Shown here: positions 9,331 to 18,132 of the stretch, piece by piece
Layout of the letters: every line of letters begins with the position of its first letter
Numbering within the stretch: position 1 is the first letter of the stretch
DNA from: Patescibacteria group bacterium
GTDB lineage: Bacteria > Patescibacteriota > JACPGU01
Reading direction: 5' to 3'
Length of the DNA stretch: 64,000 bases
Assembly: GCA_028718745.1 (NCBI GenBank)
Contig: JAQULF010000001.1
Location: 111,078 to 175,077 of the forward strand
Notes under the pieces: model-generated
The model's input: only the letters and a program-made list of their open reading frames with translations
Told to the model about the DNA's origin: nothing
The model's database searches: none
Program-made: the position numbers and the translations under genes

Positions 9331-9746
9331 TTAAGCTGCCTCTTAATAATCTCAAGTATTGCAGGATTGATAAAATTTTCCGGAAACTTATCGTTGCCAA
9401 ACCACCTCCATTCGGAAAACTTTTTTGGTTCAACTAATTGTTCTTCCTGACTTGTCTGGCATAAAAATATCCGCACTTTATCTCCCGCCTTTGCACCTGA
9501 AACTTCACCTAAATACTCAAGAACTTCTAAATCATTGATCCCCGTTTCTTCCTCCGCTTCACGACGAAGTGTGACTTCTACCGTTTCGCCAACCTCACAT
9601 CTCCCACCCGGTATTGTCCAAACCGAAACCTCTTTCCAATCACCTGGACCATAATGTCTTAGCCCCATCAAAACTTTACCGTTTTTAACAATAACAGCTA
9701 CGGGACAGGTTGATGTGTCGCCAACTTTTGAGAGTTCTTTGTCCAT
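9327..9746 (-). CDS. NUDIX hydrolase
   Basis: Nudix box GGRCEVGETVEVTLRREAEEETG (GX5EX7REUXEEXGU). Confidence 0.8.
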   Translation of the reverse strand: MDKELSKVGDTSTCPVAVIVKNGKVLMGLRHYGPGDWKEVSVWTIPGGRCEVGETVEVTLRREAEEETGINDLEVLEYLGEVSGAKAGDKVRIFLCQTSQEEQLVEPKKFSEWRWFGNDKFPENFINPAILEIIKRQLK

Positions 9747-9761
9747 AATCTTAAATAAAAG

Positions 9762-9834
9762 TAGGCCCGGAGGGACTCGAACCCTCGACCCTCTGCTTAA
9801 AAGGCAGATGCTCTAACCAACTGAGCTACGGGCC
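9762..9834 (-). tRNA. tRNA-Lys (anticodon UUU)
   Basis: Minus strand reads AGGCCCGTAGCTCAGTTGGTTAGAGCATCTGCCTTTTAAGCAGAGGGTCGAGGGTTCGAGTCCCTCCGGGCCTA. 7-bp acceptor, D-arm GCTC/GAGC, anticodon stem TCTGC/GCAGA with loop CTTTTAA (anticodon TTT), T-arm GAGGG-TTCGAGT-CCCTC. Confidence 0.85.
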
Positions 9835-10043
9835 TTCGTCGCAGTTCGCTTCATGCTCTCCATAAAAATTTCTTTGAAATTTTTCTTACGAGTATTCCGC
9901 AACTGCTCCTCTTACGAAAAAATCCGATTACATATTTCGGTATAGATTTTTTCGTTTGCTTTTTGTTTTTTAATTTTATCACAAACCGTCTATATTTTCA
10001 AGAAAAAATAATATATAATTATTAAAATCACTAATCAAAAGTC

Positions 10044-11408
10044 ATGAAGATTAAATTCATGGGTAGCACCAATCGTGTTACCGGCTCCTGTTTTTTATTT
10101 GAAGCCGAGGGCAAAAAGATATTAATCGACTGCGGTCTTTTTCAGGGAGACGCGGCAAGTCGTGGTAAAAACCACGAGCCCTTTGCTTTTGATGCCAAAC
10201 AAATTGATGCGGTGATTGCCACCCATTCTCATATTGATCACATCGGCCGAATTCCTAAGCTTTTTCGTTTTGGATTTGCCGGCAAGGTTTATTCAACCAA
10301 CCCCACTTATGACTTGGCCGAGATATTTTTGGAAGATACTTTGAAACTGATGAAAGGAGAAGTAAGAAGAAGGCCCGAGCATAAACTTATTTGGGATGAA
10401 GTTGATTTGAATAATGCGCTCAACTCGTGGGAAAGATTTGATTATCATCAACCCTTTGAAATTGGAAATGTTAAAATAGAATTTCTGGATGCGGGACATA
10501 TCTTGGGCTCGGCCATTATTAAAATAAATGCTGAAGGAAAAATAGTGATTTTTTCCGGCGACCTCGGCAATCCGCCTGTACCGATTATTGAAGATACGGA
10601 AACCGTCGTTAAGGCTGATTTCGTAGTTATGGAATCAACTTACGGCGACCGATTTCATGGATCAACCGAAGAAAGAGAAGCGGAATTAAAACAAGCGCTG
10701 GACAATATCTATGACCGACAGGGTGTTCTTTTGATCCCCGCTTTTGCCATGGAAAGAACGCAGGAATTATTGTATGAAATCAACACTCTGGTGGAAGCTC
10801 ATAGAATAGAAAATACCAGCGTTTTTTTGGATAGTCCCTTGGCAATTAAGGCCACTCAAATTTATTACAAATATCAAAATTATTTTGATAAGCCCGCGAG
10901 AGATGTTGTCAAAAGCGGAGACGATATCTTTGACTTCCGCGGACTGACTATAACCAGAACCGGGGAACAATCCCGAGAGATTTTCCGAGCCAAAAAACCC
11001 AAAGTAATTATTGCCGGTTCGGGCATGAGTACCGGAGGCCGGATTCTGGGCCATGAATTAAACTATCTGGACGATCCCAATAATATGATCCTTTTTATCG
11101 GATATCAGGTTCGAGGAACGCTGGGACGAAAAATTAAGGACGGAGAAAAGTTGGTTAGAATAATGGGACAAGAAGTGCAAGTGAATGCTGAAGTGAGAGA
11201 AATCACCGGTTATTCCGCCCACGCCGATCAGCCCAAACTTATCAACTGGTTAAAGAGGATGTGCGATATCGAAGCCGAAAAGCCTAAAAAAGTTTTTCTA
11301 ATTCACGGGGAACCGGAAGTTGAACAAATTCTGGATGAAAAAATAAAAGCTGATTTGAAGCTCAATGTGGTGGTGCCGGAAGAGAATGAGGAATTCGTAT
11401 TAGGATAG
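10044..11408 (+). CDS. MBL-fold metallo-hydrolase of the beta-CASP family (RNase J / CPSF-like ribonuclease)
   Basis: HSHIDH (HxHxDH) motif, downstream GHILGSA and ESTYGD motifs; ~450 aa as expected for beta-CASP RNases. Confidence 0.65.
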   Translation: MKIKFMGSTNRVTGSCFLFEAEGKKILIDCGLFQGDAASRGKNHEPFAFDAKQIDAVIATHSHIDHIGRIPKLFRFGFAGKVYSTNPTYDLAEIFLEDTLKLMKGEVRRRPEHKLIWDEVDLNNALNSWERFDYHQPFEIGNVKIEFLDAGHILGSAIIKINAEGKIVIFSGDLGNPPVPIIEDTETVVKADFVVMESTYGDRFHGSTEEREAELKQALDNIYDRQGVLLIPAFAMERTQELLYEINTLVEAHRIENTSVFLDSPLAIKATQIYYKYQNYFDKPARDVVKSGDDIFDFRGLTITRTGEQSREIFRAKKPKVIIAGSGMSTGGRILGHELNYLDDPNNMILFIGYQVRGTLGRKIKDGEKLVRIMGQEVQVNAEVREITGYSAHADQPKLINWLKRMCDIEAEKPKKVFLIHGEPEVEQILDEKIKADLKLNVVVPEENEEFVLG

Positions 11409-11476
11409 GAATAAATGAATAAAGGATCAAATGAATGACCCTTCTAATCATTTATTCATATATTCATTTAATCATT
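11404..11476. repeat. AT-rich ~70-bp hairpin repeat (AATGAATAAAGGAT(T/C)AAATGA ... TCATTTAATCAT arms); near-identical copy at 59846-59920, related copies at 1449-1500, 28724-28745, 29129-29166, 29795-29880
   Basis: gaataaatgaataaaggatcaaatgaatgacccttctaatcatttattcatatattcatttaatcattattt versus gaatatatgaataaaggattaaatgaatagaaattctaatcatttaatcatataatcatttaatcatcac. Confidence 0.6.
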
Positions 11477-11487
11477 ATTTACAAACC

Positions 11488-13749
11488 ATGATTTTTAAAC
11501 TAAAAAAACTCTTTTTTATCCTCTGCTTTTTTTTACTAATCACCCCCCTCTATCCTGCCAGGGCTGCTAATCTATCCCCCAAGGAATCTTTTTTAATTAA
11601 ATCAAATAATCCGGCAGCGACTGAAAAAATGTTCGGTGAATTGGAGATTGCTGATTTTAATAAATTAGAAGCGCTCAATGTTTATGAAGTAGAAACTACG
11701 CAAGAAGAAATAAACATTTTGGCCGAACAGTCCTCTACAATTTTTATAGAAAAAAATAATAAAGTAAAAATTTCCCAATTACCCAATGATCCCTATTATC
11801 AACTGCAAACCTACTTAACTAATTCTAATATCACCAGCGCCTGGGATATTTCCACCGGCTCTCCCAGCATCATCGCTGCCGTTATTGACACCGGGGTGGA
11901 TTACAATCACGAAGATTTGAAAAACAAAATGTGGAAAAATGCTAACGGTTATTTTGGCTATGATTTTGTGAATAGCGACAATGATCCTATGGATGATAAT
12001 CAGCATGGTACCGAGATAGCCGGCATTATCGCCGCCCAAAGCAATAATGGTATCGGAATGGCGGGGATAGCTAATGTTAAAATAATGGCCGTAAAAGCTG
12101 TGCCTTATACCGGAGAAGGAGATGTCATGGATTTAGCTCGGGGCATCACTTACGCAGCGGATAATGGAGCCAGAGTGGCTAATGTCAGCTTAGGTCTGGC
12201 CGAAGACAGCCAAGCATTGGATGACGCTATCACCTATGCCCGATCAAAAAACTGCCTTATTGTCGCTGCTACCGGCAACTTGAACCGAAACTTTATTGAT
12301 AATCCGGCCAGAAACCCCAATGCCGTGGGGGTCGGAGCCATTGATGAATCCGGCAACAAAGCCAGCTATTCAAATTATGGAGAGGGGATTTCTTTGGTAG
12401 CCTTGGGAAATCACATTTATTCGACTTCTTGGAATGAAAATAATGATTTAAATGCTTACCAATATGGCAATGGCACTTCTTTTGCCACACCTCAAGTAAC
12501 CGGTACGGTCGCTTTATTAGCCTCAAAAGATCCTTCTTTAACTTCTGATCAAATTAAAAAAAGATTGGTGGGAAGCGCCAAAAAGATAGCTGCCATGGGA
12601 GGGCTGAATTATATGGTTCAACTGGGCTATGGAAAGTTGGATGCTTATACTGCCCTAACCTACGACAAGTATCCGCCGGAATTAAATCTTAATTTGTATA
12701 AAAATGGGGGCGGAATTTATACTATAAAAGGAACTGTTTCCGATGATAAAAAGACAACCGATGTCTATCCCGATACGCCCGACAGCAATATCGCGCAGGT
12801 TCGATATCAAGTGGATGGCAATGGGGCGTGGACGACCCTAAATAATAATCCAATTCAACTAGTCACTCTTAACTCCAATACTTCTGCGCTTCCCGTTGGT
12901 GATCACGACATTTTAGTGGAAGCTACAGATACTGCCGGGAATAAAGCCAATTTGAATCTTAATACTCGCAATGCCACCCTTCTTCCCGTCGCTATTTCTA
13001 ATAAAATCGCTGACTACTCATATTCTTTTGTCGACCAAAGTCCTTATGTGAATACCACCGCCGGGCAAACTGTCAGTATGAGTTTGGCCGTGAAAAATAC
13101 CGGCGGTTCCGTTTGGGATAAAAATACTGTTCATCTTGGTACGGCTAATTCAAATGATCGGACTAGCATCTTTGCCAACCAGACCTGGCTGTCATCAAAT
13201 CGCATCGCTATGCAGGAAGACTCCGTAGCCGTAGGAGATATTGCCCACTTCAATTTTTCCATAACCGTTCCCGGTGGCGTCGTCGGAGATTTTAGCGAGC
13301 ATTTCAACCTAGTCGCTGACGGCATAGGTTGGATGAATGATGCGGGAATCTTCTGGAAAGTTTCAGTAGGCACACCCTCCTATCACGCGCAATTTGTCGA
13401 TCAAAGCCCTTATCCCGTTATCAATCAAGGAAGTACAATCCCAATGTGGGTTGATTTCAAAAACAGCGGATCGATTTCTTGGGATATCTCGACTGTAAAA
13501 CTTGGCACAAGTAATCCTCTTGATCGCAGCAGCATTTTTTACAATAGCTCTTCAGGCTCCGGCTGGAAATCGGCTAATCGGATAAGTATGGCTAAAAACA
13601 CTGTGGCTCCCGGAGAAACTGTCCGATTCAACTTTACTGCTCATGCCCCAAACACACCTGGCACTTATTATGAATACTTCCGCCCGGTTGCTGATGGGGT
13701 GAAATGGTTGGAAGATATTGGACTTTTTTGGAAGATAACTGTGAACTAG
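11488..13749 (+). CDS. secreted subtilisin-like S8 serine peptidase with two C-terminal ~110-aa beta-sandwich repeat domains
   Basis: Signal peptide MIFKLKKLFFILCFFLLITPLYPARA; catalytic triad motifs AAVIDTGVD (Asp), HGTEIAGIIAA (His), GTSFATPQVTG (Ser). Two C-terminal repeats of FVDQSPY...NTGxxxW...NRIAM...PGE...F.L.ADG.GWM.D.GIFWK. Start moved to ATG 11488 because 11431-11476 is the repeat element. Confidence 0.85.
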   Translation: MIFKLKKLFFILCFFLLITPLYPARAANLSPKESFLIKSNNPAATEKMFGELEIADFNKLEALNVYEVETTQEEINILAEQSSTIFIEKNNKVKISQLPNDPYYQLQTYLTNSNITSAWDISTGSPSIIAAVIDTGVDYNHEDLKNKMWKNANGYFGYDFVNSDNDPMDDNQHGTEIAGIIAAQSNNGIGMAGIANVKIMAVKAVPYTGEGDVMDLARGITYAADNGARVANVSLGLAEDSQALDDAITYARSKNCLIVAATGNLNRNFIDNPARNPNAVGVGAIDESGNKASYSNYGEGISLVALGNHIYSTSWNENNDLNAYQYGNGTSFATPQVTGTVALLASKDPSLTSDQIKKRLVGSAKKIAAMGGLNYMVQLGYGKLDAYTALTYDKYPPELNLNLYKNGGGIYTIKGTVSDDKKTTDVYPDTPDSNIAQVRYQVDGNGAWTTLNNNPIQLVTLNSNTSALPVGDHDILVEATDTAGNKANLNLNTRNATLLPVAISNKIADYSYSFVDQSPYVNTTAGQTVSMSLAVKNTGGSVWDKNTVHLGTANSNDRTSIFANQTWLSSNRIAMQEDSVAVGDIAHFNFSITVPGGVVGDFSEHFNLVADGIGWMNDAGIFWKVSVGTPSYHAQFVDQSPYPVINQGSTIPMWVDFKNSGSISWDISTVKLGTSNPLDRSSIFYNSSSGSGWKSANRISMAKNTVAPGETVRFNFTAHAPNTPGTYYEYFRPVADGVKWLEDIGLFWKITVN

Positions 13750-13789
13750 AAAAGATTGAAATTATTTTGAATAAGTGCTACAATAAGCT

Positions 13790-14077
13790 TTGTTTTGCCA
13801 AAACCTTATCCGAAAAAAACAGGGGGTGGCTAAATTGGCAAGTAGAAAGGATTATCTGAAGAAAGAAGGCTTTTTGACAACGGGGCAACTGGCCATACTT
13901 ACAGATGTACCGAAAAAAACATTGAGAAGGTGGGCCAGAGAGGAAAGAATAACCCCCCACAAAGATGGCAGGGGATGGATGTACTGGACAACAGATACAG
14001 ATGTCGAAAAAGTCTATGAGATCAAAAAACTCCCCAGAAGAGGAAGGGGGAAAGCAAAGAGAGGTGATTTGCCTTGA
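13790..14077 (+). CDS. small helix-turn-helix DNA-binding protein, excisionase/MerR-type HTH (start uncertain, possibly TTG near 13836)
   Basis: LTTGQLAILTDVPKKTLRRWAREERITPHKDGRGWMYWTTDTDVEKVY resembles excisionase-family HTH domains; lies in a GC-rich island with no convincing coding downstream (14078-14360). Confidence 0.35.
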   Translation: MFCQNLIRKKQGVAKLASRKDYLKKEGFLTTGQLAILTDVPKKTLRRWAREERITPHKDGRGWMYWTTDTDVEKVYEIKKLPRRGRGKAKRGDLP

Positions 14078-14364
14078 AACACTATATGCTCCGAGCCGTC
14101 GCGCACTGCAAAGAAGGCTGCCATACCAAGGCCCGGCAGGGGGCCAAGAAAATAAATTCCTGCCAATCAGGAGTCGTTTCAACATAAACCTCGTGGCTAC
14201 TGAAATTGTAATTGAGCCACAGTCCAAAGGAGGTGAGACCAAGGGGACAGAAATCCCCCACAACCAGATGGCTCTCTCAAAAAAGTTATTAGAGTCACTT
14301 CCATGCAGCATTGAGAGAGTTGTCGAAACGATCCGTCTCCTTAGTCAGTCAGGGGGCGGATTTT

Positions 14365-15207
14365 TTATTTTCCTTTCGCCAGCACTATTCCCCAAACGCT
14401 TCTCGCCCCATTTAATTTTAATACTTTAGCGCACTCTTCCAAGGTTGTGCCGGTAGTAGTGATGTCGTCAACTAACAAAATATTTTTACCCCGTAGGGAA
14501 CAGCCATGGCTGTTCCTGATATTTGCATTATTCCCCACGAACACAAACACATCTTTCAAATTATTCAACCTTTGTTCTCGGTCCAATTCGGCTTGGGGAG
14601 TAGTATATTTTTTTCTAACCAAAATATGTTGGTTCAAAGCTCCTGCTTTGAACCTTAATGTACTTCTATACATTTTGATGATCTCCCTCGCCAAGATCTC
14701 CGCCTGATTAAACCCCCTCTGCCTCAATCTCTTTTTATGCAACGGCACCGAAATAACCAAATCGAATTCCGGAAAATCCGGAGGTCCGACCTGGGGGTAC
14801 TCCCACTGGTCGCACCTCGGGATTTTTGTGTTTTCTTGCTTTTTTGCTTTTTTGTTTTCTTGTCTTAACTTTCCCGCCATCATCTTCCCTAAAATATTTC
14901 CGATATCAAAAATGTAATTGTATTTAAAATGATGAATTACTTCCTTAAGAACTCCTTCTCCAAAATTAGCGCAAATGAAAATACCGTCTAGGGCGGGCGG
15001 GGAAACCCCGCCCCTACAAAAATGACAAAATTCACCGGCCTCACTCGGCCTCCGGCATTCCGGGCAAAAAGGCTGTTTAATAATGTCGATCGTCTTCAAA
15101 CATTCCCCGCAAATCCATTGCCCTTCTACCCCGCAACCCAGACAAGTACGAGGAAAGAGAAGATCAAAGACGAAGTTACGCGATAAAAAATAAAGTTTTT
15201 TCAGCAT
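14365..15207 (-). CDS. comF: ComF-family protein (N-terminal Zn-ribbon + phosphoribosyltransferase domain) carrying 2-3 in-frame palindromic element insertions
   Basis: CLGCGVEGQWICGECL...CPECRRP...CHFCRG zinc-ribbon and C-terminal ILLVDDITTTGTTLEECAKVL PRTase motif. Confidence 0.7.
   Translation of the reverse strand: MLKKLYFLSRNFVFDLLFPRTCLGCGVEGQWICGECLKTIDIIKQPFCPECRRPSEAGEFCHFCRGGVSPPALDGIFICANFGEGVLKEVIHHFKYNYIFDIGNILGKMMAGKLRQENKKAKKQENTKIPRCDQWEYPQVGPPDFPEFDLVISVPLHKKRLRQRGFNQAEILAREIIKMYRSTLRFKAGALNQHILVRKKYTTPQAELDREQRLNNLKDVFVFVGNNANIRNSHGCSLRGKNILLVDDITTTGTTLEECAKVLKLNGARSVWGIVLAKGK
14493..14516. repeat. GC-rich palindromic element GTAGGGAACAGCCATGGCTGTTCC inserted in frame in comF (encodes NSHGCS)
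   Basis: Perfect 20-bp palindrome GGAACAGCCATGGCTGTTCC preceded by ccGTAG; identical core at 32077-32104 inside the RT gene. Confidence 0.7.
14778..14822. repeat. degenerate GC-rich palindromic insertion in comF (arms CCGGAGGTCCGACC / GGTCGCACCTCGG)
   Basis: Imperfect ~20-nt inverted arms around a GGGGGTACTCCC core, encoding PRCDQWEYPQVGPPDFPE. Confidence 0.35.
14986..15017. repeat. GC-rich palindromic element GTCTAGGGCGGGCGGGGAAACCCCGCCCCTAC inserted in frame in comF (encodes RGGVSPPALDG)
   Basis: GGGCGGGG-AAA-CCCCGCCC perfect hairpin with GT(CT)AGGG / CCCCTAC-aaa termini, as in the 3029 element. Confidence 0.65.
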
Positions 15208-15230
15208 GTTTTTATTTTAGCAAATAAATG

Positions 15231-15258
15231 TTGCATCCGAAATAATTTAGTCTATAAT
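15231..15258 (+). promoter_or_regulatory. sigma70-like promoter TTGCAT-16-TATAAT
   Basis: TTGCATccgaaataatttagtcTATAAT upstream of 15285. Confidence 0.5.
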
Positions 15259-15284
15259 CATAACTATAATTAAAACAAAAACAA

Positions 15285-16199
15285 ATGGAGATAATTTCAT
15301 CGCTCCCCAGTTATGTTATCTGGATTATTGTAATTGTGGCTGCTGTTGTTTTCTATTTTATTTATAAGAAAAAAGATGAAGGTTTTAAGGGCTCGGCTCT
15401 GCTTTCTTTTGCCAGAGATCTCACGCAAGAGGCTAGCCTGAAAAAACTTGATCCGGTTATCGGCAGAAAGGATGAGATAGAGAGGGTGATCCAAATCCTT
15501 TCCCGAAGATCAAAAAATAATCCTATTTTAATTGGGAAGGCGGGAGTGGGCAAAACTGCAATAGTAGAGGGCTTGGCACAACGAATTGTTGATGGCTCCG
15601 TACCGGTAGAACTGCGCAGTAAAAAAGTTTTTGTTTTGGATATTTCAGAAATGGTATCCGGTACCAAATACAGAGGCGAATTTGAGCAAAGAATGAAAGC
15701 TTTAATGGCGGAAATTACCACAGCGAATAGAAACATTATTCTGTTTGTGGATGAAATTCATTTGCTAATCTCTGCCGGCGGAGCAGAAGGCGCCATCAAA
15801 GCCGAAGATATTTTTAAACCCGCTCTGGCCCGTGGAGATCTGCAAATGGTCGGAGCAACAACTTTAGGTGAGTTTGATAAATTTATCAAAAGCGATGTAA
15901 CGCTAGAGCGAAGATTCCAACCGGTTTATGTCGATGAGCCTAATGAAAAAGATACTAAAAAAATCTTGCTTGGTTCCAAAGCAAAATTTGAAAATTTTCA
16001 TAATGTGATAATTGAAGATAGCGCTATAGATGCAGCCATAAAACTTTCCAAATTATATATGAAAGACAGAAATTTCCCCGACAAAGCTATCGACCTTATA
16101 GACGAAGCTTGTTCCAAAGTGAAACTGGAAACGGTTGAGAAAAGGGAAGTAAAGCTAAAAAATCAAAGGTTACATCTGGGGATGTTCGGGCGATTATAA
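15285..16199 (+). CDS. membrane-anchored AAA+ ATPase corresponding to the D1 domain of ClpB/ClpC (Hsp100) only; truncated after D1
   Basis: N-terminal TM helix, then [47 protein letters not shown] (Walker A), [10 protein letters not shown] (Walker B) and [13 protein letters not shown]. Ends where the ClpB middle domain would begin. Confidence 0.6.
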   Translation: MEIISSLPSYVIWIIVIVAAVVFYFIYKKKDEGFKGSALLSFARDLTQEASLKKLDPVIGRKDEIERVIQILSRRSKNNPILIGKAGVGKTAIVEGLAQRIVDGSVPVELRSKKVFVLDISEMVSGTKYRGEFEQRMKALMAEITTANRNIILFVDEIHLLISAGGAEGAIKAEDIFKPALARGDLQMVGATTLGEFDKFIKSDVTLERRFQPVYVDEPNEKDTKKILLGSKAKFENFHNVIIEDSAIDAAIKLSKLYMKDRNFPDKAIDLIDEACSKVKLETVEKREVKLKNQRLHLGMFGRL

Positions 16200-16235
16200 A
16201 ATATTACAAAAGAGGCAGAAAATAGTTAAAACCTT

Positions 16236-17078
16236 ATGCTAAATGAACGGAGTAAATTAGCAATCTTTGAGGAACAAAAGATAAGGCGCTTTTGGGATGA
16301 TAAGAGAGAAAAATGGTACTTCTCTGTTGTAGATGTTGTGGCTTCCTTAACTATCCAATCCGAACACAAAAAAGCACAAAGTTATTGGACAACATTAAAA
16401 AATAGGTTAAAAGAGGAGGGAAGCGAGGTCGTCACAAAATGTGACCAACTGAGAATGCAGGCAACAGACGGAAAATTTTATCCAACTGACGCAGCTGATA
16501 CCGAAACATTATTTCGTTTGATCCAATCAATTCCTTCTCCAAAAGCCGAACCTTTCAAACTTTGGTTGGCTCGCGTTGGATATGAAAGAGTAGAAGAAGT
16601 GGAAGATCCTGAATTGGCAATTCAAAGAGCGCTCCGAACTTATCTGCAAAAAGGTTATTCAAAAGAATGGGTTGATCTTCGCCTCAAAAGCATTGAAATC
16701 AGAAAGGATCTGACCAATGAATGGCTTGAGCGAGGAATTACCAAGAATCAAGAATATGCGATATTAACCGACGATATTACTTTCGCTTGGGCGGGAATGA
16801 GAACAAAAGATTATAAAAAATATAAAGATTTAAAAAGAGACAATCTTCGTGATAATATGACCAACCTTGAATTGGTTCTTAACATGTTAGCGGAAACCGC
16901 AACAACCGAAATTTCAAAAAGTAAAAAACCAAAAACTTTTAACGAAAATAGAGAAATCGCTCATCAAGGCGGATCGGTCGCGGGAAATGCAAGGAAAGAA
17001 ATAGAAATTAAATCCGGCCAAAAAGTTATCTCGCCAAAAAACGCGAAAACATTAGGGATTAGAAAAAAATTATCTTGA
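16236..17078 (+). CDS. DinD-like protein with N-terminal Bro-N/KilA-N-type domain (DNA-damage-inducible protein D family); paralog of 45170..46003
   Basis: IRRFWDDKREKWYFSVVDVVASL (Bro-N-like) and a C-terminal region alignable to E. coli DinD (…NLRDNMTNLELVLNMLAETATTEI…AGNARKEIEIKSGQKVIS). Confidence 0.65.
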   Translation: MLNERSKLAIFEEQKIRRFWDDKREKWYFSVVDVVASLTIQSEHKKAQSYWTTLKNRLKEEGSEVVTKCDQLRMQATDGKFYPTDAADTETLFRLIQSIPSPKAEPFKLWLARVGYERVEEVEDPELAIQRALRTYLQKGYSKEWVDLRLKSIEIRKDLTNEWLERGITKNQEYAILTDDITFAWAGMRTKDYKKYKDLKRDNLRDNMTNLELVLNMLAETATTEISKSKKPKTFNENREIAHQGGSVAGNARKEIEIKSGQKVISPKNAKTLGIRKKLS

Positions 17079-17136
17079 GTCATACTTATTTTAAAAATAA
17101 TAAAATGGAACTCCGATATTACATCGGAATAAAAAA

Positions 17137-18099
17137 ATGGCAAAACATAAAAAAACATTAACAAAGCTAAAAACCAAAATCTCAACTCGCACGGCTTTGC
17201 TTATCGCGCTGGGGCTAATAATTATCGGCGGAGCAGCATTCGGAATAGTTCCGTCATTGCTCGGACCAAGAATAACTTCATTTACTCCATCTTATGGCAT
17301 CGACGGTTCTATTTATTTGTCATGGTCGACAACCGGGATGAAAGATAACTCTTGCGGGATCTTTGTTGGCAACACCACGGTAACCGGGATATTAAAAGGG
17401 GTTGGGGGAAGACAATTAATTTACAGCAAGCCGACAAGCGGCATGATTACTGTAGTTTCTCCGATAAGCACTTCATATACTCTGGGCTGTCTTAAGCCGG
17501 ACGGAGTTACCTGGGTAAAACAGACTATAAATGTGGTTCCGCCTTATACATCACCGTATTCTTCTATAATTCCTTATATTCCTCCTTACACAACTACCTC
17601 GACCAATTACAATTATTCTTATGTTCTAGCCTCCAAAAGCCAGACAACACAATCACTTAAGAGAGGTGGCGTTGCTGTTGTAACTATGAAATTGCAGAAT
17701 ACTGGTAATGCCTCATGGGAAACAGCAGCAGCTGAAAGAGTGCAATATCCGTTAATTCAAGCGGCAATTATTCCTTCCTTATCTTCTCATGCTTATATGT
17801 TTTTGTTCAATTCCCTCATTTCCCTTTCCTGGGGAGAGCCTTTTAAATCTTTTTCAGATGTTAGCGGCGGTTTTACAAGTATGAGCTTGTCTGGTTATCA
17901 AACTAGATATGCCAATCCGGGTGGTGGAGAGGTTGATTTCTCTCTAGCCATCAAAGCTCCAGACAATATTGTGCCAGGGAGCTATAATGTCTGCTTTAAT
18001 TTAAAGGGATTAAGATTCGGGGATACTTCTAGTGATCCCAACACACCAGTTACCATAAATGGTTCTCCAGTCTGTTTTGATTTTAGTATTTCTTATTAG
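17137..18099 (+). CDS. hypothetical secreted protein, Ig-like/beta-sandwich content
   Basis: Signal anchor, Ser/Thr/Pro/Tyr-rich, an NTGNASW segment reminiscent of the repeated domain in neighbouring secreted proteins. Confidence 0.4.
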   Translation: MAKHKKTLTKLKTKISTRTALLIALGLIIIGGAAFGIVPSLLGPRITSFTPSYGIDGSIYLSWSTTGMKDNSCGIFVGNTTVTGILKGVGGRQLIYSKPTSGMITVVSPISTSYTLGCLKPDGVTWVKQTINVVPPYTSPYSSIIPYIPPYTTTSTNYNYSYVLASKSQTTQSLKRGGVAVVTMKLQNTGNASWETAAAERVQYPLIQAAIIPSLSSHAYMFLFNSLISLSWGEPFKSFSDVSGGFTSMSLSGYQTRYANPGGGEVDFSLAIKAPDNIVPGSYNVCFNLKGLRFGDTSSDPNTPVTINGSPVCFDFSISY

Positions 18100-18132
18100 A
18101 CTAGAATTATAAAGTAAAGCACTGATTATAAT

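Noticed and set aside
13778-14429. Overlapping ORFs 13778..14311 (-) and 13965..14429 (+)
   Set aside because: Cys/Ser/Phe/Pro-rich or Gly/Gln-rich improbable proteins that mutually overlap; only the short HTH ORF 13790..14077 looks protein-like. The rest of the GC-rich island was left uncalled.
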